A DNA stretch of 64,000 bases from the human T2T-CHM13v2.0 reference genome, Homo sapiens, in NCBI RefSeq assembly GCF_009914755.1, contig NC_060926.1; one strand, given 5' to 3'. This document shows positions 1 through 13,219 of this stretch, piece after piece. Position 1 is the stretch's first letter. Every line of letters starts with the position of its first letter. Below the pieces are notes generated by a model that was not told the origin of the DNA, made no database searches, and saw only the letters and a program-made list of their open reading frames with translations. A program made the position numbers and the translations under genes.

Positions 1-59
1 AGATATGGACACATGATAAAGACAACTCCAGTGATGCTTGAAGACCATTAGTTTTGGGG

Positions 60-260
60 TGGCGTGGCCTGGATTGGAAGCCTTGGCTCTGCCATTTCTT
101 GACTGTATGATACTAGACAAGTGACAGAGCCTCTAAGCCTCAGTTTGTAAACTGGGGTTAATAATATTAATACCTACTTTACTAAGTGGCCAAGAAGCTT
201 AAATGACACAGTACTCAGCTCAGAGCCTGGCACACAGCATGTGCTCAATGAGTGGTAATG
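60..260 (+). mobile_element. MIR SINE fragment
   Basis: MIR-like text: ggctctgccatt...ctctaagcctcagttt...taatacctac...gcctggcacacag...tgctcaat. Confidence 0.7.
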
Positions 261-544
261 GCTATGAGGACGATGATAATCATAACAGTAATACTATTCA
301 TTATGATTTTTATCATCCTCATCTGTATCCACATCCTCATCTCAGCATCCACAACCACAGCACACGTATCGTAAGGATACCTCCAACTCTCTTTATACGG
401 ATAAAGAAACTAAGTCCCAGAAGTCAGTGATTCACCCAGGGTCGTCTGCCAAGAGAATGTCAGAATAGACACTGGGATAGATATTTCACTCTTCTACTTA
501 CTTCATCAGCAGGAGAGGTGAAAATGGAAGGGGGAGAGGCCCAC

Positions 545-1614
545 CTGGCATGGAGTACTTGGAGAAGTCGGGCAGAGTGTGGGAGAAGGAGACGGTGCTG
601 CCCCCACTGGGACTGGACATGCCGCTGGCGACAGGCGAAGACACCTTCCCATTGATGGTGGCATAGTTGGGGAGGCTGCCTGCCCGGTCTCCCACTGACA
701 TCCTTCGCTTCTCTGGCAAGGCTGGTGTTGGGCTCCCTTGCCGGAAGGCTGCGGAGTCTGGTGACGGGGAGGTGGCAGGGCTGCTCAGGCCAGGGTAGTA
801 GGCAGGGGAGACAGGGAAGGAGGGCGTGGAAGGAGCCTGGTAGCCAGAGGCACTGCTCTGCCGGGACAGTGTGGGTCTCCGATCCTCCGGGGTAGAATAG
901 CCACCATAGGCCACATGCCGGTCCAAGCAGGGGCTGCCGGGAACCACAGATCCAGACCCTCCGAGGTGACGGCCCAGGCTGGGGCTTCCAGGGCTGGCTA
1001 TTGCATTGCTATGAAGACCGGAGGCCAGGTTGCCTTGGTGAGCCCCAGGGTGCCGGCCCAGGCTGGGACTCCCCGGGGTGGTGGCCACTTTGTTGTGGAG
1101 GCCAGAAACCTGGTAGACCCCTGCTGGGTGCCGACACAGGCTGGGGCTCCCCGGGGTGGTCGCTGCACTGCTCTGGGGGCTGGAGACAGTGCTACCATGG
1201 AAGCCAGTGCCTGGTGGACCCATCATCTGGTGATGGCTCAAACTGGGACTGCTGGGGGCAGCCATGCTGGGATTGATGGCCCGCCAGCCGAAGCCAGGAC
1301 TAGGGGGAGTGTTGGTGCCCACTGTTCTGTGGCGCGCCTGAGGGCTCCCAGGCACCGTGTGGACGCCAGCCACACTGAACTGAGCTCGAGCCTGGCTTTC
1401 CGGAGAGGAGCTGAAATGCTGAAGTGAGTAGTCGGGGCTGCTGTAGCTACTGCCCACAGTCGGGAGAGGAGAAGAGCTCTGGTAGTTTCTCTGGGCAGAC
1501 GGGCTGGGCTGTCCCAGGCTGCCTGAGCGGAAGCCAGACTCCAACAGAGGCTGGGTGGGCGTCCGGGGACCCTGGTCACTGCTCTCTCCCGACGGGAAAC
1601 TCCCCACTGAAGTG
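545..1614 (-). CDS. TNS1: Tensin 1 coding exon (1070 nt), Ser/Pro-rich disordered region before the SH2 domain
   Basis: Acceptor ctctctgcag|C ACT TCA at 1614 and donor CCA G|gtgggc at 545. Translation [18 protein letters not shown]...[10 protein letters not shown] matches human tensin 1; phase 2 in, phase 1 out. Confidence 0.97.
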
Positions 1615-4059
1615 CTGCAGAGAGATGGCAGGTTGCGATGTCAGTGGACAGAACTGAATGAAGGGTGGATTTACAGCAGGCTGTCTGCCCTCCCTCCAAC
1701 CATGAACAACAGTAAGAATGGTCCCACTGGCAGTGCGGAAGGACATCAGGGTTTTATACGTTACCTTACAGAACCATCAGAAGAAGAAACTGAGGCTCAG
1801 GGAGGTTAAGCAGTAGGCTTAGTACCACACTGCTTATAAAAGACCAGGGTTTCAACTTAGCTGTGTCTGATTCCAAAGCCCACGTCTTCCCCACTGCACC
1901 ATGCTCACTCCTGAGCCATGTCAAAGTGAAGAGCCCTCTCCTATCGAAACTGGAGGTGGCTGTCATGTTATAGCCTCCAGCATCACAGAAATTCCTAATG
2001 GAGTTTCCTGGCTCCTGTTCCTACTGGGAGTAGCCCTGTCTTGACTCAGTTTCCTCAAGTGTGATATCATCATCCTTAAACATTGACAGAGAGTGCTAGA
2101 ATTGGGCTTTCACTCCTAGATGGCTCCAAAAAAGCAAAGACAAGGAATCACAGGGGAAGGTTTCACATCAGGGGATTTGAGGTCATTGTAAGGTCTGCTC
2201 TCCAGCCACTGGGGATGTGGCCACCAATGGAGAAAGCTGTCTTGCATGGTAATGAGGCTCCTGTCATTAGGAGCATTTAAGCAGAGGCTGACAGACCTAT
2301 TGGCCTGAATGCTGTAGAGGGAATTTCCTGCATTGGGAGGTTAGATGAGATGAGCTCAGAGGTCACTACCAATTCTGACTCTGAAACAACTCAGTTCAGA
2401 GGAGACTATACCTGGGGTAATTGCCACAGTCAAAGGTTCCCTTGTAAAGTTAAGTCTAGGTCTGCATGGAGTGACAGATGAAAGCACAGCAGTACAATGT
2501 GATGGCCAGTGAGTTTTTTTGCTTATTAAAGTTTTTCCATGTGGAAAATGACAGGACTGGATTAGGTGACCCTGACTCCTTCTAGACCCAAATTTCTATC
2601 CAACTATGGTGAGAGAAACAAAGGTTGACAGGGGCCTTACATAAACTAGTATGTAGGGAGGGAGCAGGCAGGCTGTGCACCAGGAACCCCCCATGGGGAG
2701 AGGTCCTTACTTAGCCAATGGGCCAAAACCTGGAGCTGCAGGCTGGAAGGATCTTGTTGTGGGCTGGCCCTCCCTGGGCCAGGCTGGATAAGCTCAGGTT
2801 CACGGGGTGATATGAGGTTTTGGTTGGGGGTGTGCTCTTGGGCCAGGCAAGAGCCAAGGGCAAGGAGAAGGTCAGGGGCCAGGCTAGGGCAAAGTCTACC
2901 TTGCATCCCAGAAGGGGCCAAAGCAGAAGGCCACCTCCTGGTATAATCCAGAATAAACTGGATTCTGAGGAGTGGGAGACAGAGCCAGGCTGAGCAGGGT
3001 GAGAGAAGGAGACACTAAAATGGAGTTCTGGAAGGCTAATCCCAGGGGAGAAAGGCTAGCTTCCTGGAAAGGGCCAACACTTCAGCAGGAGGGATTTGAG
3101 TGAGAAACAATGAACAACTTCCTAATGCCAGGGCTCACTGAACATCAACAATGGGTGGCTGGGACAACTTAGGAAAATCCCCTTTCCTTTAAAATAGGAA
3201 ATGCAACCCTCGGCCAGAGTCAGGCCTCCTGAGCAACGCAGGCTGCTGCCTGTTAAGAGGCTGGGGAAGGGGAATGCTTGGCTTAGAATCCAGAAGACAG
3301 TTGCCTCTGCTCATCTGCTCCCCTAGTCATCCCATGGTGCCCCCACTTGCAGGGGAGGCTCAGCATTGAGCCAATGTAGACTGTGCAGCAAACTGGACCC
3401 ACTGGGCCTGGCAGGGGAATTTGCAGGCTCTGTGACATCCCAGGCTAGGGAGGGCAGTGGGCACGGCGAAGAAGGGATGGTCAGGGCAGAGTCTCCCCTC
3501 CTGGGGGCGACACCTCCTAGGTCCTCCTCCTTTGCCTGGCACTCGATGCCTTGCCTGAGCTGATTGCAACCCTCCTTTCCTATGCCGTCATCCCATCTCT
3601 TTGTCCCCTCCACCTTCACCCCCACTACCCCAGTCAAGCAGCTCCTTGCTGCACCCCTCCACTAAGCCTGTCAGCAGGGACTGTCACCCACCTCTGGGCT
3701 TTCATCTCTGTGTGATGCACTCAGAAATATGGATGCCAGCCATCCATCCACCCAGGCATCCCCTAATGGCAGGCCACATGCCCTCAGCCTCACACTCCCA
3801 ACATGGCCACAGCCCAGTCCTCTGTCCCTGCTGGGCTGTCCTTCTGGAATGCCCTGTCTCTCTTTCTTCATCTTTCAACATCCTGCTACTTCCTCTACAC
3901 CCTTCACAAATGCCTCCAGCCCTCAGAAATCCTCGCTGCATCCCTAGCCAGAAATAATGGCCCCTTGTTCTGAGCTCCAAGCCCTTCACTCATGTGTGGG
4001 CTTTGGGCCCATCTGACTCTCATCCTGTGCAGGGAGGGCGCCATGATGCAGGTCTGGGG

Positions 4060-4285
4060 CAGAGGATAGAGATGCGGGCTCTGGAATCACACGCTTCCAC
4101 CTGAATCTGATTTCTGCCACTGCTTAGCTGTGGCACCTTTATGCCTCAGGTTCCTCTTCTGAAAAGTGGGAACAATAATAGTGCTCACCTCCTAGGATTG
4201 CTGCGAGGATTAAATAACTGCATAAAGCACTTAGCAAAGTGCCAGGTACCTAGGATGAGCCCACTACATAAGTCATTACTGTTGG
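4060..4285 (+). mobile_element. MIR SINE
   Basis: ggctctggaatca...ctgccactgcttagctgtg...cctcaggttcctcttctgaaaagtgggaacaataatagt...aaagcacttagc. Confidence 0.75.
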
Positions 4286-4594
4286 TAGATTTTCAACTTG
4301 GGGAAGGACTTTGCCACATTCACCGTGGTACCCTTCACTCCTTCCAGCACAGTTTTGGATGGGCGGAATTGAATGCGGCCTGGGAATTATAGGTCACTGG
4401 GCTCCCCACAGGATTCAGCGCGCAGGACATGTGCCCTCAATGCACCTTGATGAACTGGTTTGCAAGGTACCGCCATCTGGGTATGCTTTCTGCCTGTCCA
4501 CGCCATAGGCAACAGATCCAGGAGGCCTCACCCATCCCGTCCCAGTCCCAGGCCCGGATTCCCATCCCCCACCCACTGCCCCTTCCCGGCTTAC

Positions 4595-4793
4595 CTGTCA
4601 GCACTGAGGATGGGGCTGCTGGTGGAGAGGGGGCTGGGGGAGACAAAGGAGCCACCCAGGGTCCCGTTCCTCAGGGGTATCTCATGGCCATAGGCCTGGG
4701 TGGCTGGAGCACTAAAGCTCTTGGGCTCAGAGTCCTGAGCTCGGGGTCCAGCCACCGCTGTCCGTGCCACAGACTCCACATAGCTCCGGGGCT
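4595..4793 (-). CDS. TNS1: Tensin 1 coding exon (199 nt), [11 protein letters not shown]...SSPILSAD
   Basis: Acceptor cccttccag|AG CCC CGG and donor GAC AG|gtaagc; AG|C gives Ser in frame with exon 545-1614. Confidence 0.96.
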
Positions 4794-6019
4794 CTGGAAG
4801 GGGCAAGAGGACAGAGACACTGAGCACAGATGCACAGGGGTGCAGTGCAGGTCCCCCCCAACCTCCCCTGGAACACAGCTTCCTGGACTCCTGCCTGGGA
4901 ACATAGGAATAGCCCCCAAAGGACAGGCAGGGCTCCTGCCTGCCCAGACCCACCCTGCCCTGCAGTGACCTTTCACCAGGGCCTTGCTCAGAGGAGGGGG
5001 CCCTGAAATGGATCCCAGGCCCCGCCTCAGAACATGGCCATCAGAGACTCTTCCCTCCAAGGACTAGGAGGCTGTCCATAGCTGGCACCCCCTTTGGCTG
5101 CTCTCTTTCTTCAATGATCTTGCTCAGCACCCAGGCCCTTCCAGGTTCTCCTCGTGCCACTAGAGTCTGGGGCCCTACAGTGGGCCCAGAGGTCCATCCC
5201 TGCCTTGCCTGTATCCCAGGATAGTGCCAGAGTTCATGTGAGCTCCACCCCCTGCCCAGAATCCAGAAACAGCCTTGGCCACCTAGCAACAGGCCTGCAC
5301 TGGTGAGTCTTGCCCTGTGGGGCTGCTGTAGACTCACCAGCCCCTTTGATGCCAAGACACACCCACCCCTCTCTGCCTGACACACTCAGCATTCCTCTAG
5401 AGACTGGCATCAGGGAACCCCATTCCCAGGCGGAACTCAACATTCCATCGCCCACCTCTGGCATTCCTGTAGCACTGAGCAGTTTAGTTTACAGAGGACC
5501 TCATTATACACGGCACTACCTGGTGTTCAAAACAGCCTAAGAGGGGGTGGGGGACACACGCTAGAAAAGGCCATTTTACAGATAAGGATGGATGCTGAGG
5601 CCCGACAAGGGAAATGACTAGGTCCCCAGATGGCCCGACTCCCAGACCGGCACCTGCCCAACTCCTCTACGGCCTCTGAGGCCAGCTCCCAAACGAACTC
5701 CGCTTGAAAGAGGAAGAAGCAACAGAACGCTCTTGTTTACCCCGGGCCATGATCCGGGAGGAATGTCATTCCTACCACCTCCAAATCCCACCCTGTCCCT
5801 GTCTTACCCAGGAGGAACCTGGCCTGAGTACAGAGCCATACTGCCCACAACTAAGGCATCCACTGAAATCAGCCTGAGAAACTGAAGAACCAGAGTCTGT
5901 GCATCCCTCAGGAGGCCAGGCCCCTGCAGCCCCTGCTGGCCAAGACTGCAATGGTCAGAGTTGGAGAAGAGCCCCCTCCTCCAGGTCTCCTCCAGAAGAC
6001 AATGCAGAGATCCCCTAAC

Positions 6020-6197
6020 CAGGGCCAGTACACTTTTTTGTAAAGACTTAATAGTAAATATCTTAGGCTGTTGGGTCAGGCTGTCACTGTTGCAACTATA
6101 CAACTCTGCTGTTGTGGTGTGAGAGCTTACATAGACAATAGGACAGTGTATGGGCATGGCTGGGTTGCCATCAAACTTTCTTTACCAAAATAGTCAG
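6020..6197. mobile_element. MER58A (hAT-Charlie) truncated copy, duplicated from the copy at 6863-7081
   Basis: MER58A-like sequence, ~95% identical to the downstream copy including non-element flank. Confidence 0.8.
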
Positions 6198-6862
6198 GTC
6201 CTCCAGGTCCCTCCTCCAGGTCCCTCATGGGTGACAGGCCTGGGGTCCAGCTAGCTGAAATGCAACCTTCCTCCTCTTAGCCCAAAGAAAACCTTAATTT
6301 GGAAGGAGCCTAGTCACCAGGGTGCTAGCAGGGTGCTTCCAGCCTTTGCTGCATAGGGGCATGGCCTCCGTGGAGTGGCTTCTGGGGTGGCCCTCAGGTC
6401 TGACATCCTACACCCAGGCCAGAGGCCTCTCTAGACCCCGGAAGAGGATGGTCCCTCAGCACAGGACCCTTTACAGAGCAGGACCCAGAGGCTGCAATGG
6501 AGTCTGCACACAGCTCCAGCCACAGCCTGCCCGTCTGTCTTTTGTCCCCATACAGAACCCCCTCCACCCAACAGCAAGACAGTGGACAAGGCTGGGGCAG
6601 TTTGTCTGCAAAGAGGCAGGCACGGGAGGTCTATTCTAGGTAGCAGGCACAAGGTGATGTAGAACCAGGCACCTCGGCACCCAAAGCTGGAATCCATGTA
6701 GGCAGTGCCAGCAAGGCCTCCTCGAAATCCTCCCTCAACCAGCCCAGGCCACCCACCTCCTCGCAGAAGGCCCAGGCCAAATTCATACCAAAGGCATGGA
6801 TTCTGTGCCACCCAAGCACGAGGCTCTGCTGGAACTAGAAGACAATGCAGATATCCCCTGAC

Positions 6863-7081
6863 CAGGCCCAGTACACTTTTTTGTAAAGACTTAATAGTAA
6901 ATATCTTAGGCTGGTGGGTAAGGCTGTCACTGTTGCAACTACACAACTCTGCTGTTGTGGTGTGACAGCTTACATAGACAACAGGACAGTGAATGGGCAT
7001 GGTTGGGTTGCAATCAAACTTTCTTTACCAAAATAGTCAGTGGACAGGATCTGACCAGCTGCCACAGTGTGCTGACCCCTG
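6863..7081. mobile_element. MER58A (hAT-Charlie) DNA transposon, full length
   Basis: cagg...ttttttgtaaagac...agtaaatatcttaggct...caactctgctgttgt...catagacaa...aaactttctttac...gctgacccctg follows the MER58A consensus with terminal inverted repeat ends. Confidence 0.85.
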
Positions 7082-7949
7082 ATCTAACCTATCTCCTCAG
7101 CCCAGAGAGGTGGAGCCGTGCGCCAGGACACATGGATAATTAGTGGCAGTGAACACTAGCACCAAAGTCTCCAGACTCACAAGCTGGCTCTGGGTGACCT
7201 AGACAGGGCCCATAGGCTCACAGGACACCCAGAGCTGGCTCTATCCAGCACTTCAGCCCATCAGGCAGAGAAAAGCCAACTCCATAGGGCTATTCCTAGT
7301 GATAAAAAGAGCAAACAATTATACAGGAAAAGTAGGATTCGGGGGATGTAAGTACCTTGCCCAGGTCACAGCTGGCAAGGGGCACAGTCAGCCAAGGAAC
7401 CCAGGCAGTCTGGCCCCAACCTGCCCTTACCCACTGCACATACAACCCTCTGCAAGTCGGGAAGCCAATAGTTTCAGTGAGTGTCTTTAGTCTTGGGCAA
7501 CTGGTAACCCAACTTGGGAGAAGAGAACATCAGAGGGAGTCTCACCCACAGCCATGCAAATGACACCCAAGATCAGAGTCCACTCTCCCCTCCCGTCTCT
7601 TGCCACCCTAGGTCACTCTCTGAAAACTCTTCCCAGACCCTTCCAGGCACTCATCATGGCTACACCCAGGTCCCCACGGCTCTCGGCACCACCTCTCTCC
7701 CAGCCAGGGAGAGAAAGCCACTCTTTGGCTGCCCGTGGGCTCCCAGAGCCTGCCTAGCTGATCTGTGTGCCGAGCCCTCACACAGCACCTGGCACACAGC
7801 AGGCCCTCAATCTGCATGTGCTCCACAAAGTCACAGAAGCATGATCCTTACCCTCCAGCCCCATCCAGAGACACATAGTAAGACCTCAGAGGCACACATC
7901 CATTTTTCTCATTCCCTGAAGTTCAAGTTGAAACCTATGTGAATGACAC

Positions 7950-8390
7950 TGTGAAGGTGTGTGCTCTTCCCCAATTCACTGACGTCGCTCCTGATCTACT
8001 CTCTACCCTGATCTGCATCCCTGAAGGCAGACTTTTATTTACTATGTCATCCAGACCCCCTTAGTCTCTGGCTCAGGATAGCTTTGGCCTTTGGCTAGTA
8101 AGGAGGGACTGGCAGGGTATGAGAGGGAGGGAGAGAGAAGGGCAAGGTGCCAGTGGCTACATCCCCTACCCACCTCCCTCTAGCCACACTCCAGTCAGCA
8201 GCCCTGCCCTCCAGCTCCCTCCTGGTTCCTTAAGGCCTGGGAGGATGGCTCCCTGCTCCTGATAGGGAGCACTCGGGGTGCTTTACCATCCCTCACTGCT
8301 CTGCCCAGACCTTTTAAGAGTCCATCAACTGTCCTAGGTTGCTCCATTGGAATGAACCATCAGTTTCCCACCAGGCCCCTGACCCACACA
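7950..8390 (+). mobile_element. Old ERVL-class solo LTR (LTR33-like)
   Basis: Starts tgtg and ends ccatcagtttcccaccaggcccctgacccacaca, resembling the LTR33 3' end. Confidence 0.5.
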
Positions 8391-11300
8391 TTAGGTAAGC
8401 AATTCACATTGCCCTACGCCCCACCCTTTTAAAGAAGTACAGGTACCCCTGCTAGCAACAGTAAAACTGAGATAAAGTGGGCCACACCACCCCGTCCTGT
8501 GGTCAGGACACAGCCAAGCCTGTGGCTTGCGGGTGCTTACTTGCCATTAGGCAAGGCTGGGTCTACTAACTGCTTCTGGCCTAAACACAGGCACCTGAGC
8601 TGCAGCCTGGGAGTCTGATGGCAAGATTGCATGGAGGGCCCATGGGACAGTGTATTAGAAACCCTGAGATGGCTCGATAGCATGGCCAAGTTCTTAAGGC
8701 AACAGTCCCATTGGCCCCTTCAGCTCCTAAACTGCAGAACACCAGAGGAGTTCTCAAGACACTGGGAGTCTGAACTTGGGGAACAGGATGGCTCGCCCAG
8801 GGAGAAGCAGCAGCATCCATTCTGACCACAATGTTGGAAACAGCCCTTGTGCATTGGGTGGCCAACCTAGCCAAGGCCACTCAGACCCAGCCCCACCTGG
8901 CCCTGCCCTCACCGGGCCCCCACCTCCTTTCTCCTTCCCAGTGCATCCTCTTCCTTGGTCAGCTGGTCTGCCCTCCCACTGCCACCCCTACCTGCCCTTC
9001 CAGTCCCAGATCATGGGGTGGAGATGAACGAAGCCCTTCCATACAATCTCTACTCCTCATGAACCCAGAGCGGGAAGGACCTTTGAGAAGTTATTTGATT
9101 TCCTGAGTTCATCTCCAGAACTGTTTAAAACCCATCTTCAGGGCTAAACATTAGTTTTCCCAAGTTTTCAGATGCAGATCTCCGTAGTGAAAATGCTTCC
9201 TTTTTCTGTTTATTCCCTGGCTCTTTCTCTCTCTCCCACCCCAGGACAATATACTTCTACTTGCAAGCTCTCCCCTCACCCACCACCCGTGCACTTACTA
9301 GAGACTTTCTGGGACTCCGTTTCCTCATCTGCAAAGTGGGAATGAGGATACCCACCTGCCCAGCTAGGATCAGGTGAGAAGAGGCAGGAAAGAAAGTTCT
9401 TCCTAATTCTTTCCTGCCAATTCCAGGCCCAGTGTTCAGAACCAGCCCTGCTGCTGCCTCCGCTGCTCCTAGCCGCCCATCCCTGCCTTCCTCCACTCCT
9501 CACTCGCACCACCTCTCCTGCTGTTTTCCTCCTTCCCTCCAATCCTGGAGCAGCTGCATCAGAGGCTACAGGGAGTTGGGCAGGGCGGGAGAGGTGGGGA
9601 CAGGGAGGGTGCTTCATGTAGAACATTCCAGGAGCCCAAACCCTGCCAAGTGGCTGCTGGCGGTGAAGAGCAGCTGCAGCACAGGGTGACTTGGGCTCCT
9701 CCGGTCTGGCACTGTCAGCTCCTTGTCCACACCCTGAAGTGCATTTTCTGTCTCCCAAAGAGGCCCTTTGCTTGGAGAGAAGGGGCACACCCACCCTAAC
9801 TAAAATCAAGACATGTGGGTGGGAAAGAAAGAAGGGAATATGGAAACCCCCAGGTCCCAGATCTAGAAGCTCAAAAGTTAGAATTCCAAATATTTTAGAT
9901 TGAGCCACATGCCCCCTCCTCCCAGCCCCCATGACATCCTATTCCTACCTCAGCTCAGCACTTTTGCCTAATATTGAAATGTCTGTTGGCATCACTCTCC
10001 TCACCAGCTGCCTTAACACATCCTTATATTCCCAAAGCCTGGCAAACAGTCAGCGCACAAAGTATTATGAATAAATGAATCAATGCATGAAAGAATGAAT
10101 GAATGTAAAGTGTTTCGCACAGCGCCTGGGACATAGCAGACATCCCTCAAATTATTCTTTTCCCCAAGCCGAATAATCCTGCCTCTGGCCATTTTTGCCT
10201 CACTGGCATTTTTTTCTGAATTTCCCATCAAAGTATCAGCAAGGAAATCAAGCAGAGCCTCAGAGGGTCAGCAAAGAATGAGCTTTAGTCTGACCCGGGC
10301 AGTGGCACATGAGTCAGGAAATAAGGAACTGGCTGCCCACAGCTTTGCTCCCTGCCCCTTCCCCGCTCCACTCCCCAGGCCACGGGCAGCAATTCCAACT
10401 CCCACGCTGGAATCCCAGGGCACGGTGCCTGCAGGCAGGAGAAGGACTTTGAAATGGCCACTTGAGGAAGAGACAGGAGACCAATAACTCCAGTCTGGCT
10501 CCATTACCTCCTAACTGTGACCTTGGGCAGATCCCCCAACACCACCCACAGTGCTGATGTCAGCTGCATATCTGTGACAACGATGGGTGTGGCTGAGTTA
10601 ACCCCTAAGAACCTTCCCCTCCAAACTCTGTGGCTCTGGCCAGAGCACTTGGGGCCCTGTAAGATGAGAGTAACTCAGCAGGTGCAATTGGCAGATAGTT
10701 CAGTCCTGTCGAGGCCCACGCCCCTGAAGTCACCCCAAAGTGAGAGACACAATCACCAGGCTCTGCCAGCTTGCTGGATAATCCACCCCATGGCCCTTCC
10801 CACTGGAGAGTGTTTGAGATACCACTGGTCTGTTAAAGTCAACCAGCTGCGAGGAGAGCTGAGAGCCTATTGCGTGGTCCGGCATCTGAAGCACAGAAAC
10901 GTTGGCTCTGAGCTCCAGCTAATTCTAGACTCTCTCTCCCAGCTCCTGCCTTGCCAGGACCAGCAGTCAGCCTCCAGCTTGGGAGAAAGCCCTTTCCCCA
11001 AGCATGAGGCTGCGGGGGAGCAAGGAGGGGCCGTTCCCAGCAGAGGGAAGCATGCTGTGGCCCACCTGTTCTGTCTCTGGAAGCTGCCCTGTTCTGCAGC
11101 CCCTGAGCAGCCTGATGTTGTTGCCCAAACCCCAGCTGGTCAGGAGAGGGCAAAGTCTTCTGGGAAACTCCAATCATCCTACCTGGGTGACAGCAGATTT
11201 AGAGGAGCACAGGCCATCCCCGCTTAGGGGGTGGAAAATCAAGGTGGTGTGGTCAAAGGAAAATGGGAAATAGGCCTGAGAAAACCAGCCAATCGGCCCA

Positions 11301-11778
11301 GGGCCCAGGTGGGAAGTCAGAACACCTAACCCATCAGAACTGGAAGTGATCACAGCACCCATCTTGCCCCATCTTCCTGAGGGGGGGATGCCAGTGCCCA
11401 GAACCACACCCTGGCCTCCCGCCCAGGCTGGCACCCACTTTGTTTCACCTGCTGGTTTGAGTCCTCACTCGAGTTCTGCTCCTGGTGTGTCCAAGGCCTC
11501 CCACCTGATTATGCCCCCTCTCTGCTTCCCTGGTGCCCAGTGCAGGGCTCATCTAAATCAGGGGTTCCTCTGGGACCCATAGACATGCCAACTCCTTGAA
11601 ACTGCTTTTCAGAATTACGTGCATGGGAATCCCAATGCATTATTGTATACACGGTGAGTCCATAGATTTCCTGAAACACGCAAAGTTGTCTGAGATCCCC
11701 GAAAGACAGACTTAGTACTTTCTGTGTTGATAGGAAACCAGGCAGGGCTTCCAGAGGGCAAATCGTGGCTGTAAGATG

Positions 11779-12297
<519 letters not shown>

Positions 12298-12696
12298 CTC
12301 TGAGAAATGCCTGTGGAGCACGTCCCGGGAAAGGGGATCTGAGTCCCTCCCTGTCTACCTCTATGAGCTGCTGCACACCAGGCAGGCTGGTGCAAATGGC
12401 GCTGGGAGAGGAAGGTGCAAGAGGAGCGTTTTGGTCAACAAGGTGACACTGCAGGAGCCCCCAGACACTGGCTGTGCCTGAGCCAGCGCCTGGCAGCTAC
12501 AAGCTCCCCCATCAGGACTCAGGAGGTGTCCAGGGTGGTATCTCATCACCAAGCGTTGGGGGACAGGAAGGCCATGTGCCTGGTCGCCTGAGTCCCAGTG
12601 AGGAAAGAGAGCTGCCTCCAGCCAGCCTCTTCAAGCCCTGCGTGAAAAGCCATTTCCAGACCCAGAGAGCAGGAAGTCACGGCAAATGCTACTTAC

Positions 12697-12735
12697 CTTC
12701 TGACAGCCTGACCACCACCTTCCCCTCATCTTCCT
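12697..12735 (-). CDS. TNS1: Tensin 1 39-nt microexon, EEDEGKVVVRLSE
   Basis: Long pyrimidine tract ending cttccctcag|AG GAA GAT; donor GAA G|gtaagt; phase 1-1; peptide recalled from the canonical TNS1 protein. Confidence 0.92.
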
Positions 12736-13219
12736 CTGAGGGAAGACGAGAAGAGAGGTGGGAGGAAGGAGAGGCAGGAAAGAAGGGCAGGTGGTGAAGA
12801 TGAGGAAGAGCAAAAAAGGAAAAAGAGAGAAAGAGATTAACAGGGATTATTTCTTGAGAAAGAGAATCTGTGGAGAAAACGGAGATGGGAAAGCTGGGGT
12901 GAGGCCAGGGCCGATTTGCGCTGTCCACAGAAGGACTCCAAGGGGAAGGCCGAGGCCCACCCTGCAAAGGAACCCAAGGCTCCGAGGCATAGTTGAGTCC
13001 CCGGCTCTCAGGAGCCTGAGCCCCTCGCAGCCCCTGTGCCCAGGGCTCTGTGGGCCAAGTGTCAAGCAGGAGTGTGCTGGCTGGTGAGAGGGAGCCCCCA
13101 GCCCCCTTCTACTGATCCCCCGTGGCTCAGTGTCCCTGGCCATGCCGACACTCTGAGTGGGAGGCTATGCCCAGCTGCGTGGCTTCATGGGTCACAAATG
13201 CATGCCACTGCCCACCTAC

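Noticed and set aside
915-1699. Overlapping plus-strand and alternate-frame ORFs (170, 153, 91 aa)
   Set aside because: Shadows of a GC-rich coding exon with no recognisable product.
10517-11227. 236-aa plus-strand ORF
   Set aside because: Composition typical of random GC-rich intron; non-ATG start; no homology recognised.
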